From NCBI GenBank assembly GCA_013239625.1, contig MU053933.1, positions 1,118,001 to 1,182,000 of the forward strand: a stretch of DNA of 64,000 bases, written 5' to 3'. The position numbers were made by a program, and so were the translations under genes. Shown here one piece after another: positions 22,780 through 34,878 of this stretch; positions within the stretch are counted from its first letter, which is position 1; each line of letters begins with the position of its first letter. The DNA is from Lama guanicoe. Taxonomy: Eukaryota. The notes under the pieces were generated by a model. The model was not told the origin of the DNA and did not search any database. It saw nothing but the letters and a program-made list of their open reading frames with translations.

Positions 22780-23513
22780 TGTTCGCAATTTCCTCGTGGA
22801 TACTTGAGAAGCATCTCAAACCTAAAATGTCCCATCTCTTGCTTTCTCCTCCCAGTCTGCAGAAACTGCTCCTCACGGTCTGCTCTGCTTCGGGACATGC
22901 GGCTCTGCTCTGCCAGTTGCTCAGGTGGGACCCGTAGACCCTGCCCTGGCCCATGAGAGTGTGACCTGCTCCCGCGTCTCCCTCTCCTCCCCTCCCCTCC
23001 CCCTCCCTCCTGCTGTCCCACTGCTGGGCCTCCCCTCTGCAGGTGGCACAGGTGGTCCCCTCTTCCCCAGGTACCCTCACTGCCCTCTCCACCCCCTAGT
23101 CATTCTCTGTCCCTGCCTGATTCCCTACTCTCATCACCTCTGGACATTTCCCCGTGTGCGTGGTGACAGGCAAATGACAGCATCCTGTCTTTGCATTACA
23201 CACAGATGTTAGCTGAGTGCCAGGTGCAGGCACCTTGAGCACACCTTTGTCACTCCTGCCTGAGACTCAGCCTCCCTGGGCTCAGTGTCAGCACATGTGC
23301 CCGACTGCACAGCCGTGAGCTGCTCGCTCCCCTGTCCTGTCACCTTGCCACCCTGTGTCCCCCCCGCCCCGTGTGCTGCCTGGCATTCCTCTTGTTTATG
23401 GTCCCGGGAAAGCAGGGCCTTGCCTGTTGTTTGCTGCTGCACCCCAGGGCCCAGGGCACAGGCCTGCATGCACAGACATTACTAGATGTTTGTTGGGGGT
23501 GTGAACGAATGAA
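22780..23513 (+). mobile_element. L2 remnant
   Basis: gcatctcaaacctaaaatgtcc at the 5' side and tgtttgttg...gaatgaat at the 3' end. Confidence 0.55.
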
Positions 23514-23773
23514 TCCTAACGTCTCGGAGCGTGGTGACACGCCAGGGCCCTGGGCAGCAGGGCGGGTGCTGAGTGGGATTTGGCTGATGACGGGGTGTCG
23601 AGGGCGGTTTTTACTCCCGTGTGAAAATACGTGTGTTAAGAAGTCCGGTGCCATGTAATCGGGACAGCAGTGCTCTGCAGTGATTCACTGATGCTTCTCT
23701 GCTTTTGTTTTCCCAGACACCACTTGCTTTTGACTCAAGATGATTTGATGTTTTGTAATAAAGCTCATTAACC

Positions 23774-23824
23774 ATGATGGCTACACAGACGTTAAGTATA
23801 GACAGCTATCAAGACGGCCAACAA
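23774..23824 (+). CDS. PKNOX1: PKNOX1 exon 2 coding part (exon starts 23717): MMATQTLSIDSYQDGQQ
   Basis: Matches the known PKNOX1 N-terminus. Acceptor tttcccag, Kozak accATG, donor gtgagc. Confidence 0.97.
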
Positions 23825-23887
23825 GTGAGCGCTCGCGCCAGTCCCCTCTGAGCCCGGCCGCTGGCCGGGCGCCGTCGCTCAGCAGTG

Positions 23888-23938
23888 CCCCGTGCGTGCC
23901 TGCTCCAGTCCCCCGTGCGTGCCTGCTCCAGTCCCCGT
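23888..23938. repeat. Tandem duplication of a 23-bp unit ccccgtgcgtgcctgctccagtc
   Basis: Two perfect copies plus a partial third. Confidence 0.9.
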
Positions 23939-26502
23939 GAGGCTGCGGGTTCAGCGTGAAGTGTTTATGCGTTTATTATGTGTCAGTGCTCAGAAGATGA
24001 GCTGTAGAATTGTTCGAGTTATTTCCTAACTGATACTGAGATTGCTGGTAGTTCTGACTCCCCTAAGTCACAGTTTCTCGGGCATTTACCTTTTTCAGGT
24101 CAGTGTTAGTGAGTATTGTTGCTTTTAAAGAAAAGCTGGTTTTTGTGGATAATGACAGATGCCCGCGTGGCCTGGCTGCGGATGTGAGCAGGACCCATGT
24201 GGTCGCATGTCCCCAGCACAGCACAGCCTATCCAGTGATGTGCAGGGCGCCAGGGCAGTGCTGTCTGCACCTTTCCTGCTCGCCCCTGGGGATGGCGTCT
24301 ACACAGCTTTCTTCGATAATGCGGTGGCTTCTTAAGTGCCCTCCCACTGCCCCTGAGGCTTGATTTCCCTTGAAGCTGCAGCTGAAGCCCAGGTGTTTTG
24401 TGTTCTGTGGCCCAAAGGAGCTGGGGGCCAGGGAGGCACGTGCCGCCTTTCTGGGGACCTGAGGACATGGGAAGGCTGTGCGCTGGAAGGCTGTGTGCTG
24501 GGAAAGGACGGGGCTCAGCTCAGGCCCCTCTGGCTCAGGCCTGGGGCTCGTTTCCATCGCGGACACTCACCTGCCTTTGCAGGAGGTGGTCACGATGCCC
24601 AGCTCCCTGCTCCAGGGTTTAGGGATCAGGGCACCTCCCCCAGCCATCACTGCCCGCTTGGTGAGGTCCCGGGGGCATGCATGACCCGAGGCTGTGCCCT
24701 CTCCTCCCAGCATGTCTCTTCGTGGTGGACAGTGTTGCACTATTCCTGGTATGTTTCCCGCTGCAGCGATTTTGTTTGTTTTTGTTGGCTTTTTAGAAAT
24801 TCTCGGTGTGTTTTGCTCCCTGGCGGTTGGGAGCTCAGTTGGAGCTACTTTCCTCACCGAGAGGTCCTTTGCTGTTCCCAAATGATTTTGTTTCTAAAAT
24901 GCAAATCCAGCGGTGTCCCCTCCTGTCCCTGGGCCCTGCCCTGGCTCTGCCTGCCCCACCCAGTGTCCCTCTGCCCTGTGGCCCCAGGCCCCCCCTTCGC
25001 TCTGCTTCCTGTCCTGCAGGTCTTTGCCGTCTGCCAGGACTCACCCCGCCTGGTCACCACTGCAGCCCACTCCCCGTTTGCCAGCTGCACCCCCATCTCT
25101 GTTCTTCGTAGCAGAGCCCACCTTCCCACAAACTTCTGTGTCCGCCCTCCTCCGGCCGGTGCAGCCCCGATGCGGTGGGCGTCCGGTGCGGGGCTGGGCA
25201 CAGTGGGGAAGAGGCCTTGTTTTCAGGAGCTAAGCCTTTCCCGTGACGTGGAAGCCTCTTTGTGAGCATGATTTTAAGTAAGCATTTAATACTCTGCGGT
25301 GTAGACAGGCCACACTGACTTAGCATCCTCTGAGCCTGAACATTTAGGTTTCTCTTTTTTCACAATCATTTTTTTAAAACCCTGAAGTAAATCTTTTAAG
25401 GCGTTTTTTTATAATGCTGTCAGATTTCCCTCCAGAAAGACTGTGTTCGACTTGGCTTTAGTTAGTTGCTTTAGGTTTGTTTTTTTAAGAGAGAAACAAC
25501 TCCCACGTAGGCCGTCCCACCCCACGGCAGGCAGCGGAGTGGCAGTGGCCGCCCGCCCTAGGGGCCCTCGGGGCCCTCGGGGCCCTCGGGGCCCAGGGTT
25601 TGGCCGGAGCCTGGGCCTGCAGGGCTGTTCCCTTGGCCCCTCCCCCAAGCGTCAGGCGGGATTCCTGGCAGGGGTGCAGGCTCTCCCAGCATCCAAGGAT
25701 GAGCCCCGCCACCTCACCCCCAAGTTCCCCCAGCAGGCTGCTTCCCTGAGGGGCAGGTGGATCCCAGACACCCCCGTCCGGGAGGAAGCTGAGCTTGGGG
25801 GCAGTAACCCGCTCAGGGATCATTAGACGTTTACTGCAGCAATTTTGTTTCATTTGTAAACTGAATTCTTTACGTTTAAGGATTTAAATACTCTCCTCTT
25901 AAGCTACAAACAACACAGTTAGTTTAAAGCAATTTAAATGATAATATCTTTAAGGCTTCCTCTTATGTTTAGACACAGCTGGTCTTTGCTTTCTGGATGT
26001 AGTGACTTTTCTTAACATTTATATGGCTTGTGTATTCCTGAGGTGTAAGGATCGGTAAGGGAGGAGGATTTCAGCCCTGTCACGAGCACGTGGCATGCTG
26101 GATTTGAGTTGTTTTGTGACAGGATGAGAAGAGCGTGGACTGTTGGCTTGCCCTGCTCTTGCTGTGGTGGCGCTTAGCGTGAGGACGCACCGCAGGTGGG
26201 GAGAGTGAGACAGCATGGGTCCCATTGCCGCAGGGCTGTGCGATCACTATGGTTTTGAAAACCATAAGCATTTCACAGATTTTGATCCTCTCAGTGCTTA
26301 AATGGTTTGGGAATTTGACCTTCGTTTTGGCCATTTAAAAGCATATTAAATTCGCAGGAGATTTGGTGGTGGTGTTCTGTACGTATTATTGCCACTGGTA
26401 ACTGGCAGTTTACTGTTTTACTGCCTTCCTATTTGAGAATAGAATACTTAGTGACAGCTCATTTTGTGTTTAGTAACAAAAATTCCCTTCCTCCTTTCAC
26501 AG

Positions 26503-26630
26503 ATGCAAGTAGTAACAGAGTTAAAAACCGAGCAAGACCCCAATTGCTCTGAACCAGATGTGGAAGGAGTGAGCCCTCCCCCCGTGGGGTCCCAGACACC
26601 GATGGACGCAGACAAGCAGGCCATTTACAG
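26503..26630 (+). CDS. PKNOX1: PKNOX1 exon 3: MQVVTELKTEQDPNCSEPDVEG...DKQAIY
   Basis: 128 nt, ag/gt boundaries, phase consistent with neighbouring exons. Confidence 0.97.
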
Positions 26631-26839
26631 GTAACGATGAGACGTGGGGCATATGGGTGTGCAGAGGAGCAGTGAGAACAGAAAACCTTGTTAAATGGGA
26701 CGTGAGCTATTACAGGCAGAGTAGTAAGGCATAATGTGCTAATTACTGGGTGAAAGCTTTCTCACATTATGACGTTTTTCCTAATATCTTAAAAAAAAAA
26801 GTTTGGGAATGTAAATCTACATTTTAGTCAGCCTTGCAG

Positions 26840-28565
26840 AAAGAAATCTTGAGGCCCAGATGGTTGTGCTGGCGAATTCTACAGAAATACAGAGAAGAAA
26901 GAAACAGCGAGTCTACGCAGTCTCGTCCAGAGGAGAGAAGACGAGAGAACACCCTGAACTCCTTTTATGAATTCTGGATCTTACTGATACTGAAGCCTGA
27001 CAAAGACAATACAAAAAATAAGAATGAAGACCAGTATGCCTCATGAACTTAGACATTAAAGTCATCAATAAAATAGTAACAAATAAAATCTGGCAACATG
27101 TAAAAAGAACATTTAGTGACCAAGTGGACTTTATCCCAGGATTGCAGGACTGGTTCACCATGCAGAGATCAACCAATGAGAAACACAATGTCATCATACC
27201 AAGCAATGCAGAGAAGCATTTGACAGAGGTCAATAGCCAGTTACCATTAAAAACCCTCAACAAAGCCGTAATAGAGGGGACTTTCTTAACCTGAGGAAGG
27301 GCAACTGAAAAAAACCTACAGCTCACCTCGTGCTTACTGGTGAAAGAGAGAATGTTTCCTCTTGAGATTGGGAATCAGGCAGAGGTGTCCACTCTGACTT
27401 CCTGTTCAGCACAGTAGTGGATGTTTCACCAGTTCAGTGAGGCAAAGAAAAAAGAAAAGGCTTATCAGATTAGAAAGGAAGAAATGAAACTGGCTTTATG
27501 CCTAAGTAATATGATTATCTATATATAGAAAATCACAAAGAGTGTACCAAAAGCTACCAGAACTAATTAAGTGAGTTAATAAGGCCACAGGTTGTAAGAG
27601 GAATGCAGAGAAACCATTCCTGTTTCTGTACCAGTAATGTACAACTGGAAACTGAAATTAAAAAGATAATAGCATTTACAAGAGTGCCAAAAAAATTTAG
27701 ATATAAAGCTACCAAAACACATACAGAACCTTTATGCTGAAAACTATAAAATGCCACTGTAAGCCATCAAAGAACACCTACATAAAGGACATACCATGTT
27801 CATGGATTGGAAGACTCAACATGGTAAAGATGTCATTTCTCCTAAAATTGATCTATGGCTCTATAGCAATCCCAGTTAAAGTCTTTGCAGGATATTTTTG
27901 TACATGTAGACAAGTTAATTCTAAATTTTACATGAAAGTCAAGAGAACTAGACCAGCTAAAACAATTTGGAAAAAGAGGAATGAAGTTGGGCAAATCCAT
28001 CTCCCTGATTTTCTCAGTGGAGAAAAAGTAGACTTTTCAACAAATGGTGTTGGAACAACTGGACATCCATGTGCAAAGAAAAGATCCTTGACCTAATCTT
28101 ATATACTATTAAAAAATCTACTCAAATGGAATGTGGCTCCAAGGTAAATTTTAAAACTGTACAAGTGGTATTAACCAAACAATGGAATGCTACATGGCCA
28201 CAGAAAGGAACGGAGTACTGACTGGTGTCACAACGTGGATGAGCCTTGAAAACATCACACTAAGTGAAAGAAGCCAGACGTGAAAGGTCACATGGTGTAT
28301 GACTCCATTTATGGGAAATGTCTAGAATTGGCAGATCTGTAGAGACAGGAGGTAGGTTAGCGGTGGCCTGGGGCTGGGGTTTGGGGGGAAATGGAGAGTG
28401 ACTGCTAATAGCTGCTGGATTTCTTTTGGGGAAAATGAAAATGTTATAAAATTGACCGTGGTGAGGGTTGCACATCTCTGTGAGTATACTGAGGCCACTG
28501 ATGTGTAAGCCGTAGTGAGGAAACTGTGTGACATGTGAGTTACATCGCAGCAGAGCTGTTATGTA
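26840..28565 (+). mobile_element. L1 ORF2 (RT region) remnants plus L1MB-like 3' end
   Basis: Translations DQVDFIPGLQDWF and KDIPCSWIGRLNMVKMS are L1 ORF2 motifs. Multiple stops and frameshifts. Confidence 0.9.
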
Positions 28566-28633
28566 AAATGGTGCATATGTACATACATTCTCAGGGAAAT
28601 GTACAACATATATTTTTAAAATTTTTCCCCCAG

Positions 28634-28805
28634 GCATCCACTATTTCCATTATTAGCTTTGTTGTTTGAAAAATGTGAGCAGTCTACACAGGGCTCGGAA
28701 GGCAGCACATCTGCCAGCTTTGACGTGGACATTGAGAATTTTGTAAGGAAGCAAGAGAAGGAAGGAAAACCCTTCTTTTGTGAAGATCCAGAAACTGACA
28801 ATTTA
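28634..28805 (+). CDS. PKNOX1: PKNOX1 exon 4 (MEINOX HR1): HPLFPLLALLFEKCEQ...EDPETDNL
   Basis: 172 nt, cag/gtaagt. Confidence 0.98.
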
Positions 28806-30087
28806 GTAAGTAAAAGAAGTGTTTTCATTTTTTATTTCTTCTAAATTTAAAATGTGTTCAGTAATTTTAAATTTCTAATTAGAACTCTGGGTCGTTTGAA
28901 GCTCTGCTGAGGCGGAGGACCGTACAGTTCATGAGTAGCTTACTGTGTGCGGCTGGAGTGTCCCCAGGTCTCCAGCCTTCTCCCTTCAGAGCCTGCGGGC
29001 TCTCAGACCAAAACCTTAGGCCCTGACCAGCAGGGAAAGGTCTTTGGAAAACTTTTCCCTGAAGAAGTTGCCCTGGTCTCAGGTGGCGGTGTTGTCGTGG
29101 TTGCTTTTAATTTCTCGTTACATATTCGACCCTTACAGCCAAGTGAATTTTACAGGTGGGTTGTCAGTCGGTCTCCTCACCTTTGAAATGGGACTAACAG
29201 CACCTTCCTTTCCGGGGTGAGGACCTGAGGCTGTCTCTGCCTCTGAATCTGTGATGCAGCCGCCAGCGAGCAGGAAGCAGGCGTGGCCAGCGTGGGCCCG
29301 GGCTGCCAGGGGCCGGGCTCTCCTGCCCTGTTCCGTAGCACAGGGCCCGGCAGGCTTGATGCCTGGTACTCACTCTCGTTATTGACCGGCTGACTGGTTC
29401 ATTCCCCGACGGTGAGAGCCCACCAACAAGGTCACGGGGAAGGAGCTGAGTTTTAGGCTGAGGGTTCACCGCAAGTGGTGTTCATGGTAACAGGTCTTCG
29501 TTAGTGTCAGTTGTCTACTGCTGGGGGCAGATTACTCCCAATGTAGTGACTGCATATAAAATCATAGAACTTATAGGGGATTTGTAAGAGAAAATCTTTA
29601 GAACCAGGGCTAATCGAGGGCTAGGCAAAGAGTTCTTTGCATGGACACCAAAAGCAGAAAACCATGAAAGGTGGAGTTGGTAAGTTGAACTTCTTCAAAA
29701 TTAAGAACCACCTAGGAGGTGGGTCTGGATTCATCCCCATTTAGAGATGAAGAAACAGGAGCAGAGCGAGGGTAAGCCTGTAGCGAGCCTGTGGTGGGGC
29801 TGGGCGGGGGCCCGGCCATCTCCTGGTGCCGTGACTCTCTGGGGTGGCTCAGGGATGGTCCGTCTTCCCTGCACACCAGGAGGATCCCAAACCCCGAGCC
29901 GCAGGCTGATGGGGCTGGAACGATTTGTTGTTCTGCATAATCTCTGGTGTTTTCCCTCTGTTACTGGCAGTGTGGATGGCCATGCTGCACAGTGTTCATG
30001 CCAGTGGCCAGCTGTGTGCTGGTACTTGTAACTTACCACCGCACCACCTTTTTCTTGCCTGAAAGTCTTGATTTTCTCTGCTTCTAG

Positions 30088-30258
30088 ATGGTGAAAGCAA
30101 TCCAGGTTTTGCGTATTCATCTCCTTGAGCTGGAGAAGGTTAATGAACTCTGCAAAGATTTCTGCAGTCGATATATTGCTTGTCTAAAAACGAAAATGAA
30201 CAGTGAAACCCTCCTGAGCGGAGAACCCGGAAGCCCGTACTCCCCCGTCCAGTCCCAG
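30088..30258 (+). CDS. PKNOX1: PKNOX1 exon 5 (MEINOX HR2): MVKAIQVLRIHLLELEKVNELCKDFC...SPVQSQ
   Basis: 171 nt, tag/gtacta. Confidence 0.98.
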
Positions 30259-30544
30259 GTACTACATCCCGGTCACGAGCGTCTGCAGGGCTGGCGCGTG
30301 TTGAGACACCAGCCCGTCAGAGTTGTGGGCTGTCTGTGTGGCTGTGCTGCACCAAGGACCCCCGGGGCTGGGGACCTGGCCTGCTCTGACAGTGAATTCC
30401 CTCGGGCTGGGAGAGGCCCCAGCTGCTTCTGCAGTGAGTGAAGCGAGGCCTCAGTCTGTGGCCTGGAGCCTGGAGCCTGGAGCCCACGTTTCTGGAGACC
30501 AGAGTACCATTCATCTCTTTCTTTCTCGTTTTTCAGATGTATTT

Positions 30545-32860
30545 TCTAAATAGTGGCAGAATACACCCAGCATAAAGTTTACAAGCTAACCATTTTAAAG
30601 TGCTCAGCTAGGTGACATTAAGCGCACTGACAGTGTTGTGCAGTCATCACCTCCATCCGCTTCCAGATTGGTCCATCTTCCCAAACTGAGACCCTGTCCC
30701 CAGGAAACACCGACTGCTCTTCCCCCTCCCGCAGCCGCAGCCCCCGCCACTCCGCTCTGTCTCTGTGAATGTCACTAACCTGGGTCCCTTGTGAGAGGCA
30801 GTCGTACCATGTGTGTTCTTCTGTGTCTGGCCTGTTGTATGCAGCATGGTGCCCTCAAGCTCGTTGCTGTCAGTTAGCGCTCTGCAGGCACGTGGTGACA
30901 TTTCCTGGTGGTTGTGCCGTGTGCGTCCCCGATGGCTATTGGCGTTGCCGTCTGTCACGTGCTCACTGTCCATCTGCGCCCTCTTTGGGAGACTGTCCGC
31001 TCTTGTCTTCTGCCTGTTTTCTAACTGGATATTTAAAACCTGTTAGCCCCTGAGAGTGTGCTACACACTAGTCCTTTACTGGGCACGTGGTTTATGAATA
31101 TTTTCTCCAAGTCTGTACTTTGTCTTTTCATTCTCCTTTTTGGGGGAGGTGCTGGGGATTGACCCGGGCCTCATGCATGCCAAGCACATGCTCTACCACT
31201 GAGCCACACCCTTCCCCGTCTTTTCAGCCTCTTAACAAGGTCGTTTGCAGAGCAAACATTTTTAATTTTGATAAAATCCCAGTTATCAACTTTTCCTTTT
31301 ATGAGTCATACTTTCACTGTAAAGTCTAAGAACTCTTTGCCGGGCCCTAGATCCCAAAGATTTTCTCTCTCTCTCTCTTTTTTTTTAACCTAAAGTTTTA
31401 TATTTTACGTTTAAATCTGTGGCCCATTTTGAGGTTTGTGCCTTTGCCTCTGGGCGTCCAGTTGCTCCAGCACCATTTGTCGACAAGGCAGCTCTTCCTG
31501 CACTGAGCTGCTTTGCACCTGTGTCCAAAATCAGTTGGGCGTGTTTGCAGGGCCTGTTTCTGTGTTACCTGCTCTGCACGTGTGCCGTGCAGTCTGGATT
31601 CTGTGGCTGTGTAAGTCTCAACACTGGGTTCACCGATTCCTCTTGCTTTATTCATCTTTTTCAAAATTATTTTAGCTATTCTAGTTCCTTTGCCTTTCCA
31701 TGTAAATTTTAGAATAATTTTGTGTGTATCTACCAAAAATGTTACTGAGATTTTGATGGGAATTGCATTAAACCTGTGCATCATTTTGGGGAGAACTGAC
31801 ATCATTACTTTCTTGACTCTTCCAGTCCACAAACGTGATGTTCTTTCCATTTATTTATGCTTCTAGGATTTCTTTCATCAGTGTTTTGTAGTGTTTGACA
31901 TATAAGTCCTGCACGTGTGTTTGTAGAATCACACCTAAGTGTTCCTTTTTTTGACCAGTGTAAATGATACTTTGTTTTTAACTTCAGAGTCCTTGCTAAC
32001 ATGTAGAAATCCAGTTGATTTTTGCACGTTTACCTTGTATCCTATGACCGCAATGAACTCAATAGTCCTAGAAGGTCCTTTTTGTAGTTTCTTTGGGCTA
32101 TCTACCTGCTTAGTTTTGTCGTCTGCAAACAGGGCGGTTCCGTCTCTTCCTTTCGGATCTGTATGCTTTCTATTTCCTCTTCTTGCCTTGTCGCACGGGA
32201 CGGAGCGTCCCTTGCTGCCTGAATGGTTGGGGAGAGCGGGCGTCTCCCCAGCTGCAGAGGGAACGCGTTCGGCCCTTCCTTGTTGGTTACAGTTTTAGTG
32301 GTAGCTTTTTTTCCTAAATATCCTGTGTCAAGTTGAAGAAGCACCCCTCTGTTCCTGTTTTTCCGGGAGTTTTTATTACATTAAATTTTGTCAGACGCTT
32401 TCCCACGTGAGTTGATATGATTCTGTGATGTTTCCCCTTTCACCTGCCAGCATGACAGGTGACATTACTTGATTTTTTCAATATCGAGCGAGCCTTGCGT
32501 TCGTGAAATGAACTCCACTTGGTCACAGCACATAATTCTTTTATACAGATGCCTTATTCTGTTTGCTAATATTTTTAAGGCATTTTTGTGTGTACATTAA
32601 GGGGTAGTCATCTGTAATTAATCTTTCATGGTACAGTCCTTGGCTAGGTTTGGTTATCAGGATAATACAAATTTCATAAAATGAGTTGGAGAATGTTTTC
32701 TCCTTTTCTGTTTTCTGGAGGAGACTGTGTGGAGCTGGCATTAATTCTTCTTTAAATGGTAGACTTCTCCAGTGACACTACCTAGACCTGAAGATTTCTT
32801 TTTGAAAGTTCTAGAAGTGCTAATTCAGTTTCCTTAATAGTTACAGGGCCACTCAGAGTA
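30545..32860 (-). mobile_element. L1 3' end and ORF2 remnants
   Basis: Minus-strand translation HRFNAIPIKI...ILKFTWKGKGTRIAK...KWCWSNW is L1 ORF2-like. Confidence 0.9.
31137..31217 (-). mobile_element. Camelid SINE nested in L1
   Basis: ggaggtgctggggattgacccgggcctcatgcatgccaagcacatgctctaccactgagccacaccc, flanked by gtcttttca repeats. Confidence 0.8.
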
Positions 32861-33765
32861 TCTGTCCCTTCCTTTTGTGTTGCTTTCATTTCTTTCCTCT
32901 CTTTCTAGGGTTCTTGATATGGGGCTTAAATCACTGATTTGGGTGGCTTAATTTTGATTCTGACAAGGGTAATGTGGCAGACTTTCTATATACCTACCAA
33001 AGCTTCTGCTTTCAAATTGATGTAGTAGCCCACAGAGTAATTGTCTTTGAAGGATATCCACTGTTTAGCTGTTCAAGCTCCTGGGTGTCTGCTGCATGCC
33101 AGACCCTGTGCTGGATGCCAGGGGCAGAGATCCCTTCCCTCACCAGTCCCCACCTCACCCTGACTGCAAATGGATACATTAGCCCTTTAGGATCTGCCTT
33201 CACATGAGTGGAAGCTCCGACGTGGTGTTTATAGACATGCGCATGGAGCTTACTGTAGGCCAGACCCAGGCCCCACACCCCACAAACGTGAGGGCTTCGA
33301 CATGGGGAGGGCAGGTACCGAGCGTGCAGGCGCCGGGGTTGACTCCCCAGCCTGCGGCGTAATCGTTTGGAGAATAGCTCATCCTGTCCGGGAGACTTTG
33401 GTTCCTGGAAAAGAGTCTGAGCCAAATTGAATGGAAAAGCTGTGTGATGAGATTAGGTAATTTTGGTCTTCTAGGGCCGTAGGGTGTGTTTAGTATGCTG
33501 ATGAGATGAAAGGTCATCTTTTGGAAGCTCAGTTGAAACTAGTATCTCAGTATTGATCATCATACTTAATGTTCAGTCAGTTTTGCATCCAGGTTTCCAG
33601 GTGTGTATGTAATGCATGCGTTCCGGACGGCTTGTCGTCTGCTACGCTCTGTGCCTCAAGCATCTTTCCTTCATTAGTGATACTGTTATGCCACTTGTTC
33701 TGAAGTTGTAAACGTGGGTCTCCTGTTTTCTACTCATCCCTTCACTGTGTATCTGTGACTTACAG

Positions 33766-33865
33766 CAGATTCAAAGTGCCATCACGGGCACTCTCAGCCC
33801 CCAAGGAATCGTGGTGCCGGCGTCCGCGCTGCAACAGGGGAACGTAACCATGGCAACAGTGGCAG
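33766..33865 (+). CDS. PKNOX1: PKNOX1 exon 6: QIQSAITGTLSPQGIVVPASALQQGNVTMATVA
   Basis: 100 nt, CAGCAG acceptor, donor gtatga. Confidence 0.97.
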
Positions 33866-34780
33866 GTATGAAGACAGGAATAGGGACACTTTCCTTGAGC
33901 TTTTGCAGAAAAAAAGCCTTTATAGTAGAATGAAGAAGTTCAAAAATACAGTTTTTAATTAATGCCAGTTCCCGATAGAGGAGTGCCAAGATCTGGAGCT
34001 CTTTGAATGCCTGATTCTTGTTAATTCTCAATAACAAATGTTTTATGCAAATTGTGTTTTCCTATCAAAAAGTATTGGGAAGAAAGGTTTTATAGGAGTT
34101 AAAAATATATAGCAAAAAACAGTTATAATTTTCAAATAACATAGCTTTCAATTGTGCTCCAGCAGCACTGGAAGATCTTAAGCAGAGCTATTACTTAATG
34201 ACACACAGATGAAAATGCAGCCTGGAGGTCAGGATTACTTGTTCTAGGCACACCACGGGCCTCTAGAATCTGTCCCCTTCCTGTAATGGTTTTTGTTGTA
34301 CGTTGCATACAAAGAACCATCATGAAAGTGGAGTGGGGCTTGGGAGGAGCGGAGACCTTTACACTAAAACCCCCCACATAATTGCTCAAAGGGAAGCCTC
34401 CATAGGAAGTTGAAAGCACGTTGAATCAAAAAAATAAATAGAATAAAAGTATTTGTTGTCAGACACCTTGGCCAAGTCCTTCCCTACACACTGACTGTGG
34501 GGAAAGGAGGAAATAGAGGTGAGCCACGGAAGAGAGGCACAGACCCTGCCCCTCCCAGCCCTCCCCCATCCCCTGCCCTGGGTGGTGAGGGGCCACGGCC
34601 GCCCGCCTGGCACCTGCTCTCCCGCCGGGTGGCAGGTCACCTGGCAGAACACCGTGGACCGTTTGACATGATTTTCAAAGCTCGTACGCCACAGGCTGTG
34701 TCCCTTCCTTGAGCACATTGAGAAGATGCTTTCATCGCTGAGTCGGGAGAGGGATTTAACTTTCCCTGTTCCTTTTCCAG

Positions 34781-34878
34781 GTGGCACAGTCTACCAGCCT
34801 GTCACAGTCGTCACTCCCCAAGGCCAGGTGGTGACCCAGGCGTTGTCGCCTGGCACGATCAGGATCCAGAACTCCCAG
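34781..34878 (+). CDS. PKNOX1: PKNOX1 exon 7: GTVYQPVTVVTPQGQVVTQALSPGTIRIQNSQ
   Basis: 98 nt, ttttccag/gtgcgg. Confidence 0.97.

Noticed and set aside
23888..23938. Direct repeats as a possible CRISPR-like array
   Set aside because: Adjacent copies with no spacers, in a mammalian intron.
24360..25265. 301-aa ORF in intron 2
   Set aside because: No ATG start, no recognisable homology, GC-rich intronic sequence.
25560..25594. Collagen-like GPRGPRGPR
   Set aside because: A short (gggccctcg)3 tandem repeat with no exon context.
26834..28096. Reverse-transcriptase-like ORFs as an active element
   Set aside because: Fragmented L1 ORF2 with many stops and frameshifts.
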